Part shown: one piece after another, positions 53,589 through 64,000 of the stretch
Layout: every line of letters starts with the position of its first letter
Numbering within the stretch: position 1 is the stretch's first letter
From: Octopus sinensis
Lineage: Eukaryota
Assembly: GCF_006345805.1 (NCBI RefSeq)
Contig: NC_043005.1
Span: forward strand, 91,016,001-91,080,000
Direction of reading: 5' to 3'
DNA length: 64,000 bases
The notes under the pieces: model-generated
The model's input: only the letters and a program-made list of their open reading frames with translations
Told to the model about the DNA's origin: nothing
Databases searched by the model: none
Program-made: the position numbers and the translations under genes

Positions 53589-53868
53589 CAATAAATTAGA
53601 AGAGGAAGAATGAAAATGAAAAGGAGATGGATAATTAGAGGAAAACTGGTAGAAGATAAGAAAGAATTAAAACAGAAAAGATGTAGAGAAATATCAAACT
53701 TTGGGATGAAGTATCAGATTTTATCAAGGAGTTGAGAAGTGGCGGAATATTGTGATGTTCACATTGTTCCAAATTGTTACACTGAACCAATCAAAGTTTT
53801 TATGTGAAATATCTTGTTCTTTGGAAATGTCATAAGCAGGTTATCAAAGCAATTTTGGATATAGGTAA

Positions 53869-53986
53869 AGAATTAACCTTTACACAGTTTAAAAGACCTA
53901 CCATTTAATTTAAGTACCTTCAGTGTAATTGCAAAGTTACTTAAAAGTTAAATGGTAGGTCTTTAAACTAGGCAAAGATTAATTCT
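53869..53986. repeat. ~118-bp imperfect palindrome
   Basis: AAAGACCTACCATTTAATTTTAAGTA / TACTTAAAAGTTAAATGGTAGGTCTTT. Confidence 0.8.
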
Positions 53987-55918
53987 GTTTCAAAATATCT
54001 CGACTATGTCTTTGGTCCGAAGATAACCTATGAGTTGTGATGGGGAGGATTTTCTACCCCAACCCCACAAAATAATCTTGGTTGAGTCATAAAAAAAGAG
54101 GCAAAATTGGTATTATTGTTGAGAGTTGAAACCTTTTGGGTTTTCAAGTCCAAGTTTATGGGACATAAGTAAATCTAATGAGGAAACTTAGAGTTTGGCA
54201 CTTTCATTGAGTAGGATCGTTCTTAATGGAATAATATTGTCATGGATACTCTACATGAAAATGGCAAATGTTCAGCCAATTGTGATGATGGGAATGGCAA
54301 AATGAAAAAGGAAATGGTAGAAAAATTGGAATGAAAAGTGGGGGAAAAAAGGACAAGAAAGGAGTTGGAAGAAGGAAAAGGAGAAGAATACAAAAGAATC
54401 AGAGAAACCAGGGGATTGGAAGCTGAAGAAAGTAGGAGAAGGTAAAACTATGATGGGTTTCTTTCACTTTACATCTACCAAACCAACTCACAAGGCTTTG
54501 GTTAGCCTGGGGGCTATAGTAGAAGACACTTGCTATGCAGTGGGATGGAACCCAGAACCATGTGGTTGGGAAGCAAACTTCTTAAACATACAGCTATTAT
54601 TTTGTTGCACCAAAACACAAAATAATTATTATCTTTTAGCTCATTTTCAAGCCCCACCCTCATTATTATTTAATTAAAACCCTGATTTCTAAAATCAACA
54701 AGGAATATTATTGCTTTTTATTATTACACTGTGATTGAAAAAACATGGCAACTGAAGTGAGATCACAGCCACACACATCCAGCTCTGTTAAGAATACTCC
54801 TGATGCATCGGGCAATATGATATGCCTGAGAAGACCTGTTGAGTCAAGTAAAACCAATATCGTAGCTGGAGCCAGTGACCCTGACTGGCTCCCATGCCAC
54901 TTGTACGTAAAAAGCACCATCCGAACGTGATCAATGCCAGGTCTGCCTGACTGGCTCTTGTGCTGGTGGCACATAAAAAGCACCAACCGATTGTGACCGA
55001 TGCCAGTACCCCTTGACTGGCTCCTGTGCTGGTGGCACATAAAAAGCACCCACTACACTCTTGGAGTTGTTGGTGTTAGGAAGGGCATCCAGCTGTAGAA
55101 ATTCTGCCAGACCAGATTGGAGCCTGGTGCAGCCGCTGGCTCTCCAGACCTCAGTCAGACGTCCAACCCATGCCAGTATGGAAAACATATGTTAATCGAT
55201 GATGATGAATTAAAACCCTGCTTTCTAAAATCAACTAGGAATATTGTTGTTTTTTCTGATTTGGTTTGATTTGCTTTGCTTTAATTTACTTCAGTTTGAT
55301 TTCAATATCTGTATAAATATTTATGCATGTAACATGTTTGCAATGCAAACTAAGTATTCTCTCATTGAGGTATTCATCTTTAGAAGTATGTCCTGATTGA
55401 GCATCTTGTTTCTGGTACTGTGTTATTGTAAGGACTAAGATGCTGCAATTCTTTCACGGTCACTTACTTGATCTCAGAACAAGAAAGCAATGGCAGTAAT
55501 TGTATGATGATAATTGTTCTCAGTGTAGTTGTCAAATGACTAAAGACTTTGCTTCACCATCACAAATTCCCAGATTCAATCCTACTATGTGACATCTTCA
55601 GCAAGTATCTTTTACTATTGTCTTTGATCAACCTAAACTTTAGGAGTTAAATTGGATAGACTGAAGCTGTGTAGAAAATTGTCCAATGGATTGTAAAGGT
55701 CCAGCCTTATTAGACTGTTACACTAATTCCACTTATGAATTACATTAAGGTAAGGCGTAGGAGTGGCTGTGTGGTAAGTAGCTTGCTTACGAACCACATG
55801 GTTCCAGGTTCAGTCCCACTGCATGGCACCTTAGGCAAGTGTCTTCTACTATAGCCTCAGGCTGACCAAAGCCTTGTGAGTGGATTTGGTAGACAGAAAC
55901 TGAAAGAAGCCTGTCATA

Positions 55919-55959
<41 letters not shown>

Positions 55960-56006
55960 CAAATGAAATAAAATAAAATAAATGAAAAACATGACACAAA
56001 GGATGT

Positions 56007-56101
56007 TGCGGTACATATGTTTCGAGCTTTATAAAACAACTTATTCTTGCATCAATGCATAATCAACATAACAGATAGTTCAAAAGCCCTCTTCAGCCGC
56101 A
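56007..56101 (-). ncRNA. Type I hammerhead ribozyme motif, inverted copy of 56310-56404
   Basis: Reverse complement gives the same TGCGG-CTGAAGA-GGGCTTT...AAAGCTC-GAAAC-ATAT-GTA-CCGCA arrangement. Confidence 0.8.
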
Positions 56102-56309
56102 TGCAATTGCTACACCAAAGACTTGTATCACATTATGAAATTGGTATAGACGATTTTTTTTTTTAGTCTAATAATACCATGTACGCCTATGAAGAATTAC
56201 AAACATACTTTCCCAGTGATACTTGGTTTACCTACCATTATAAACAATGCCAAATGTTTTTTCTCAAACCTTTCATAATGTGATACAAGTCTTTGGTGTA
56301 GCAATTGTA

Positions 56310-56404
56310 TGCGGCTGAAGAGGGCTTTTGAACTATCTGTTATGTCGATTATGCATTGATGTAAGTATAAGTTGTTCTATAAAGCTCGAAACATATGTAC
56401 CGCA
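56310..56404 (+). ncRNA. Type I hammerhead ribozyme motif with long stem II
   Basis: TGCGG-CTGAAGA-GGGCTTT...AAAGCTC-GAAAC-ATAT-GTA-CCGCA; palindromic stem III ACATATGT; predicted cleavage after 56399. Confidence 0.8.
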
Positions 56405-58029
56405 ACATCCTTTGTGTCCTGTTTTTCATTTATTTTATTTCATTTGATACATATATCCTCTCACCTATGCCACTAGCTGGCATATACAGGTGCTTACATT
56501 TATCAAGTATTCACCCTAAATTTATTATATATATATATATGTATGTATGTGTGCATATATGTTTGTGTGTCTGTGTTTGTCCCCCACCAACATCGCTTGA
56601 CAACCAATGGCGGTGTGTTTATGTCCCCGTAACTTAGCAGTTCAGCAAAAGAGACTGATAGAATAAGTACTAGACTTACAAAGAATAAGTCCTGGAGTCA
56701 ATTTTCTCAACTAAAGGTGGTGCTCCAGCATGGCCACAGTCAAATGACTGAAACAAGTAAAAGAGTAAAGGAATAAAAGGGAAGCCAATGGGTAACTTGT
56801 GGTGAGTTGGGGCTTGCCTAGCTAAACATTTGAAGACTGGACCCAGTAAATTATGTGTAAGAAATGAGGGGGAAGGCAGCTGCAGTAACACAGCGGAATG
56901 CAGAGAGCATGATGAGCCAAGCAAGACATCTTGGTTATCCACAGCATTGGTCTCCATCCCCAGTTATCTTAACCTGGTCTTCCCACTGGAAGGTGGTCCC
57001 TTTCAAGGTGAGCATAGACAAGGGAATGAGGTTGACAAAGAGCAAATCTTCTTCGCTTTAAACAAAACTGCCTTACAAATTCATCAGTGATTCTTTACCC
57101 AAAATGTCTAGAACAGTCCTCATCGTTCCAACAAAGAAAGATGCATACATTAAGAGTACATGTATCTGTGAACTATTCAGTCACTTACATCAGTGCTTCT
57201 CAAGCTATCTGGTTGAAAACTTCATTCATAATTAGTCACACACATCCATACAAACAAACACAGAAATACTAAATATAAAGATTAAAACCAAACATATGCA
57301 CCCACACATCCATAATACCCTTCTCCCTTTATATCTACATGCATTTGCATAAACACATACGCACACACACATATACAGCCAGATTGAAGCTATCTCGAGT
57401 ATAACCAGCCGAAATTGCAAAGATAATCTGGAACTCAACTGAGGATAAAAACCTCTGAATGATCCGCCCTTGTATCGTCTGTTTTGTTTTCCTTTTTTTT
57501 TTCTTTTCGTATCACCTAACTGTGTTCCACACACTCCCATTTTTGTATTTTTTATCTGTGTAAGTATATATATCTAAATTTTGTATGACTCTATTGTTCT
57601 TTGTATTCTTTCCTTCTTTCCTTCTTTCTTTCAGCCCTTTCACACTTTGTTCATTCCACTCTTCATTCTTTTGTCCCCCCTCTCTCACATTTCCTGGCCT
57701 TCTCTTCATGCTCTCTTTCCCTCTTTCACTTCACTGTGTCTCTTTCATTTTTCTCTTGCCCCTCCTTAATTCTTCTATCCTTCTGCCTCTACCTCTCTCT
57801 CTTCTCTCCCCATGTGACTAGTGTTCGGCCAGGCCTGACCTTTCTTTCATGGTTGGACTACTGCCCGTGCAACATCAATATTCCTTCCTGTGCTTGTTAA
57901 ATCTTATGTCCCTCCTATAAAGCTTTACTTCTACACACGCCAGCTTAATTTAATTCGTCCTTAGTTGAAAGACACCTGTTGTTATGTCCTGTTATTTATA
58001 TTTTTGTAACATTTCTGTACAGTGAAAAA

Positions 58030-59285
58030 TTTGGTATACAGGTATGGGTTCATCAAGGCCCAATCCTCATTGCCCTCCTTTTCATCATTGTCCTCCAGCC
58101 CATAACAGAGGAATTCAAGATCCCTTGAAAACTACTATAGGCTGATGACCTTTCCCTCATAGCAGATTCCATACCAAAACTAGAAGAGAAATTCCAGGTA
58201 TGGAAGCAAAACCTGGAATCTAAGGGCCTTAAAGTTAACTTAGCAAAGACTAAGGTCCTGGTAAGCAAGAAAACAGACAGGATTTTACCCATTTCAGGTA
58301 GTTTTCTGTTTGATTTGTAGGAAAGGTGTAGGCAGGAACTCCATACAATGCATCCAGTGTAAGTTATGGACACACAAGAGGTGCAGTAGATTAATAGGAA
58401 GGTTATCAGAGAAGGCAGTGTTTGTATGTGGAAGATGCACAGGCTCCATAAAAACTATAGAGACTCGGGAAATTGATTTTCTCAAATACCCTGCTGGCTC
58501 ATTAGAGGTAGTAGATAATTTCTGCTACTTAGGGGACCAAATTAGTAGTGGGAGAGGATGTACGGAGAGTGTCATTGCTAGAATAAGAATAGGATGGAGG
58601 AAATTCAGAGAGCTGTTACTTCTGTTTATTATGAGAGTTTTTTTCTCTCTGAGTGAAAGGAAGATTATATGATGCATATATATGGATAGTAATTCTACAT
58701 GATGAATGCAGAGGGCGTGTGCAGGTTAGAGAAGAATAAGGATAGTATTCTCTGCTGGATGTGTAATATAAGAGAGAGAAGTTAGGCATAAGAAGAATTA
58801 GCTGTTGCATGCAAGACTGTGCTGGTTTGGTCATATGATACGGATGGATGCTGACTGCTCCATAAAGAAGTGTTGATCTCTCAAAGTAGATGGAACACAT
58901 GGAAGTGGGAGACCCAGGAAGACATAGGATGAAGTACAAAAGAATGACCTAAGGATACTGAACCTTTCAGGTGAGATGATAAAGAACTGAGATGCCTGGT
59001 GCCATGCTGTACTCCAAAAGACCTGTACTCTACAACAGAAGTATTAAGATTGGTCCTTCTAGTGGTGTAAATCACTTGTGGCTGTACCATGTAAAAGCAC
59101 TTGTGTGGTGCCACATAAAAGCCTCCACCACACTCTGTGAAGTGGTTGGCATTGGGAAGAGCATCCAGCCATAAAAACCAGGCCAAAACAGACTGGAACC
59201 TAATGCAGCTCTCCAGCTTGCCGGCTCTGGTCAAACCATCCAACCCATGCCAGCATGGACAAAGGATATTCAATAATTATGACGA
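58030..59285 (+). mobile_element. 5'-truncated RTE-like LINE with PHD-like finger, RT C-terminal region and 3'UTR
   Basis: VHQG..LLFIIVL, *ADDL, CLICRKGVGRNSIQCIQCKLWTHKRC..CGRC, FCYLGD, GRPRKT, then the common AAGGGCATCCAGC-type 3' tail. Confidence 0.88.
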
Positions 59286-59685
59286 TGCGTGGCTGTGTGA
59301 TAAGAAAATTACTTCTCAAATGCAAGTTTCAGGGTTCAGTCCCACAACATTGCACCTTGGGTAAGTGTCTTCTACTATAGCCTTGTGAGTAGATTTGGTA
59401 GACAGTAATTGAAAAAAAGTTCATTGCACATGTGTGTGTCACTGTCTCCTTACCTCAACATCACATGATAATCATAAACAAGCATCACTATCATGCAAAA
59501 GGTGGTCTTTGTTTCCAATATTCAGTGAAAACATGTCTGGCTTTGCAAAAATATTACCTCACTTGTAAACAGGCGAAGGTTAGCAACAGGAAAGGCATCA
59601 GACCACAGAAAATCCACCCAACCTATGCAAGATGGAAATGTGGGTGTTGAAATGATGGTGATATTGATAATGGTAATGATATAAA

Positions 59686-59920
59686 GGCGGCGAGCTGGCA
59701 GAAACGTTAGCACATCAGGTGAAATGCTTAGCGGCATGTCATCTGCCGCTACGTTCTGAGTTCAAATTCCACTGAGGCTGACTTTGCCTTTCATCCTTTC
59801 AGCGTTGATTAAATAAGTACCAGTTATGCACTGGGGTCGATATAATCGACTTAATCCGTTTGTCTGTCCTTGTTTGTCCCCTCTGTGTGTAGCCCTTTGT
59901 GGGTAGTAAAGAAATAGGTA
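59686..59920 (+). mobile_element. tRNA-derived SINE family B; copies near 1565, 2365, 2695, 5060, 10565, 25290
   Basis: GGCGGCGAGCTGGCAGAA head, B box GAGTTCAAATTCC, conserved GACTTTGCCTTTCATCCTTT..AAGTACCAG centre. Confidence 0.85.
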
Positions 59921-60529
59921 ATGATATATGGTGGTAGTAGATTTATGTTGTTTGATGATAACACAGTTGTTCAGTGAACTGAATTATCTGCTCCTGAATT
60001 AACATATACGTGGCTGAGCATTCCACAGGCACATGTATCTTTATTTGCAATTCACAGGCAATATCAACATGACACAGTTTACGTGAAGGCTGTACCTTTT
60101 GAACCATTGACATATGCAGTTTCTGACCCCAGCAATTTCAATCAGAGGTAATAGAAAATGACAGGTTCCACACAATAGGATTAAGCCTGGGACTTCATGT
60201 CTTAACTATTCTTCTACATGCATATATCATCATCATCATCATCACCACCATTAATTTAACATCCACTTCTCCATATTTGCATGGATTAGACAGAATTAAT
60301 TGAAGCAGATTTTCCACTGCTGGATGCCTATCCTGCCACTGACCTTCACCTGTTTCCAAGTAAGGTAATATTTCCCCTTGGCCAGACATGTTGCCACAGA
60401 AGATTGGAAATAAGTGATAAAGCTTGTATGACAATGCCACTTGTTAACAACTGCCACACGATGTCAAGAGAAGATAAGAAAACACACACACACATATACA
60501 TATATATATATATATTATATATATATATA

Positions 60530-60596
<67 letters not shown>

Positions 60597-60600
<4 letters not shown>

Positions 60601-61147
60601 GAAAGAATGGAGTTGAACGACGATTTAACAAAATTCCTTTATTCTTGACATATGTTTCGAAGACTGCATATTCCTAATTCCGAAGGAATAAGGGGTGCAT
60701 TATGCCGTCTTCTCATCAGGAAAGACAAAGGACTTATGTCAGCATCATGACGAACAAAAATTTTTAGATGACTGCCCATACGGAGTCCATAATGAGTGTT
60801 TCTTTAAAATATTCCGTTATAAGCAGTGACGTCAAAATTGGTTGAATGGAGAAGATTCTAAAAAGTTCAAGAGTTTAAAAAGGTTGGAAGGGAGAGTTCT
60901 AAGAATAGGAAGGTGATAGGGTGCAAGTCTTATGTATGGTGATGTGTTGTTGTTTGCTAATGCTAATGAGATTGTGCCTATGTGTGTGTATGTATATAAC
61001 TGCATTCATGTCTATGTGTGTGCGTGATTGTGTGTGTGGGGGGATAGATGCCAAATACAACTAGTGATGACGTGACAGGTTTGTGTCTGTGTGTTTGATT
61101 GTGCTTGAATTTTGTTGAATCGTCGTTCAACTCCATTCTTTCATTTA
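60597..61147. mobile_element. Element with ~40-bp inverted ends (60597-60636 / 61107-61147) between (TA)n tracts; carries a hammerhead motif
   Basis: AAATGAAAGAATGGAGTTGAACGACGATTTAACAAAATTC versus GAATTTTGTTGAATCGTCGTTCAACTCCATTCTTTCATTT. Confidence 0.65.
60642..60724 (-). ncRNA. Type I hammerhead motif with long stem II and imperfect stem I
   Basis: Minus strand TTTC-CTGATGA-GAAGACGGCATA...TATGCAGTCTTC-GAAAC-ATAT-GTC-AAGAA; C-A mismatch at the first stem I pair. Confidence 0.7.
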
Positions 61148-61307
61148 TTTATAGTAAAAAAAGCACACAAATTTCCACACGAAAGCACGTGATCTCTGCC
61201 CTTGGCATGTAGCTTCAACCGTGTTTTCTGACGTGAATTTGCTACCCAGGTATTGGTTAACCGAATTATCCATACTGGGATAATTCATTCAACTACTTAA
61301 ATATATG

Positions 61308-61373
<66 letters not shown>

Positions 61374-61387
61374 AGATATATATATAT

Positions 61388-61429
<42 letters not shown>

Positions 61430-64000
61430 CACACATAGGTGTAGGAGTAGCTGTGTGGTAAGTAGCTTGCTTACGAACGACATGGTTCTGGGTTCAGTCC
61501 CACTGCATGGCACCTTAGGCAAGTATCTTCTACTATAGCCTCGGCTGACCAAAGCTTTGTGAGTGGATTTGGTAGACGGAAACTGAAAGAAGCCCATCAT
61601 ATATATGTTTATATACGTGTGTGTGTGTTTGTGTGTCAGTGTTTGTCCCCGCACCATCACTTGACAACCGATGCTAGTGTGTTTACGTCCCCAAAACTTA
61701 GCGGTTCGGCAAAAGAGACCGATAGAATAAGTACTAGGCTTACAAAGAATAAGTCCTGGGGTCGATTTGCTTGACTAAAGTCAGTGCTCCAGCATGGCCA
61801 CAGTCAAATGACTGAAACAAGTAAAAGAGTGAAGAGAGACACATGCATATATATGTGTGTGTGAGTGTATAATATATATGGATGGAGCCTTGTATCTCCT
61901 CTACAGCAACTTTTCTTGTCCTTTTATCAATCTTTTAGTCTTTCAACACCTGGCGCAAAACCATATCCTTCAATACTGCACCACCTCTCTATCTAGGGTT
62001 CTTGTCTTGTGAGTTATTTGATGATCTCACTAGTGCTGGTATCATATAGAAAGTACCAGTACACTCTATAAGGTTGTTGGTGAAGGGCATCCCACTGTAC
62101 AAACCATATCAAAGCAAATACTGGCACTCAAATCAAACTTCTGGCTCATCAGATCCCGAAAGTTGGAAACAATTATCAGATGGAGAAAACTGCAATATTT
62201 TGGCCATGTTATCAGCACCCAAAACATCTGTGCCTTTTCCACAAGAGCTGGAAGAACAGAAAATATTGCGAGAAACAAAGGACACTGACAGGGTGTCTGC
62301 AGCACGTCACCAGTGTGTAGTGAGGATTGGCTGTGTCTGAGGCTCTCTCAACCTTCATTGATGAGGATGGGGGTATTGATTCCTTCATTCATTCATATAG
62401 TGTATGTGTGTACATATATATGTATATATTATGTATATGTACGTATATATGCATATATTATGTGTGTGTACATATATATATATATCACGTGATCACGTGA
62501 CCAACCAGACCATCAGATGTTGTTATACATTTCTGGTCACCATGCGTTCGCATAGTTTTAGCCTTCGAATGACGCCACCCCCACTGGCTAAGCGAGCAGG
62601 CCAACAGAAGAAAGAGTGGGAGAAAGAGTGGTGAATGAGTACAGCAGGGATCACCACACCCTGCCAGAGCCTCATGGAGCTTTTAGGTGTTTTCGCTCAA
62701 TAAACACTCACAACGCCCGGTCTGGGAATCGAAACTGCGAGTCATCCGCTGCCCTAACCACTGGGTTATTGCGCTTCCACATATATATATATATATATAT
62801 ATATATACGCGAGAAGTTGAGGTTATATATAATGGCACCATCATATATATATATATATCATCATCTTCATCGTCATTTAACGTCTGCTTTCCATGCTAGC
62901 ATGGGTTGGACGGTTTGACTGTGGGCTGGCGAACCAGATGGCTGCATCAGGCTCCAGTCTTGATCTGGCAGAGTTTCTACAGCAGGATGCCCTTCCTAAC
63001 GCCAACTACTCTGAGAGTGTAGTGGGTGCTTTTACGTGCGACCAGCATGGGGGCCAGTCAGGCGGTACTGGCAACGATCTCGCTCGAATTTTTTACACAT
63101 GGCAATGGCACAAGTTCCAGTAAGGTGATACTGGTAACGATCCCGCTCGCATGGTGCCTCCTACATGCCACCAGCACAGAAGCCAGTTAGCCGCTCTGGC
63201 AATGATCACGCTCAGATGGTGCTCATAGCACCCTACTAGCATAGGGCACAAGTGCCAGTAAGGTGAAGCTGGCAACGATCACACTCGAATGGTGCCTTTT
63301 ATGTGCCACTGGCACGGAAGCCAGTTAGCCGCTCTGGCAACGATGACGCTCGTATGGTGCTCGTGCCCGTCATCGAATTTCACTTTGATTTTGATTTGGA
63401 TTTCACTTGCCTCAACAGGTCTTCGTAAGCAGAGTTTAGTGTCCAAAGAAGAAAGAGGTACGCACAAATGTGCTGGTTATGCCCCTGGCACAGGCCATGA
63501 GGTTATGGTCTCATTTGGCTTGCCGATATATATATATATATATATATATACACATCTTTCTTTATGTGATTGTTTAATAGTGGTTTTTCTCTAAATTTTA
63601 TACATATATTATATATTGTGAAATTTGATTTCAAATTGTTAAATTGAATTTTTCCCTGTAAGTTTTGGAATTATATATATATATATATATATTGTGTGTC
63701 TGGGTGTCTTTCCTGTCACTAACTTTTTTTTATTTGTTTTCCAGTCGTATCTGGTGCCTCTGATTTCTGAATTCACATTTAGTCGATAAAATACACATCA
63801 GTAATATATTCGAAACAATCCAATTGACAATGATCTAAGCCTTTTAATGTTATTTTGGGATTTTTTTTATTTTTCGCTTTTCATTTTATTTTCATTTATT
63901 TATTGTTAATGTAAACGATTCATTCTTGTTACATTGCCTAGAACAAATATATGAGAGAGAGTAACATTTGACGTAAAGAGGGAAAAACTCGAATTCGAAG

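Larger units (their letters stand above)
55951..56455. mobile_element. Inverted-repeat element (arms 55951-56140 and 56271-56455) inserted in the (TA)n tract of a SINE; Penelope-like pLTR derivative suspected
   Basis: ~190-bp near-identical inverted arms, 130-bp spacer, one hammerhead motif per arm. Confidence 0.8.

Noticed and set aside
57378-57432. Possible hammerhead (CCAGATT..GAAA..AATCTGG)
   Set aside because: A closing stem exists but there is no CUGANGA core or properly placed NUH triplet

Overview
Eukaryotic, AT-rich, repeat-dense genomic DNA. The SINE and microsatellite landscape looks like an octopus/cephalopod genome (inference from repeat families, not proven). One host gene is supported: a Rab18 GTPase orthologue on the minus strand. 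Five coding exons (50840-50910, 19173-19228, 9837-9898, 5789-5861, 1364-1482) with GT-AG junctions join into 127 codons; the 3' exons lie beyond position 1. The introns and upstream region hold tRNA-derived SINEs, RTE, CR1 and Penelope-like retroelement remnants, mariner/Tc1 elements, MITEs, Helitron/Helentron pieces and a 3.1-kb 22-bp minisatellite in intron 3. The most striking unexplained signal is a set of seven type-I hammerhead-ribozyme motifs. Several sit inside foldback (inverted-repeat) elements next to (TA)n tracts. One lies at the apex of a ~370-nt rod-like hairpin in the sense orientation of Rab18 intron 2, and two form a mirror-image pair on opposite strands upstream of the gene. 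Nearly all ORF-track entries are microsatellite or repeat artefacts.
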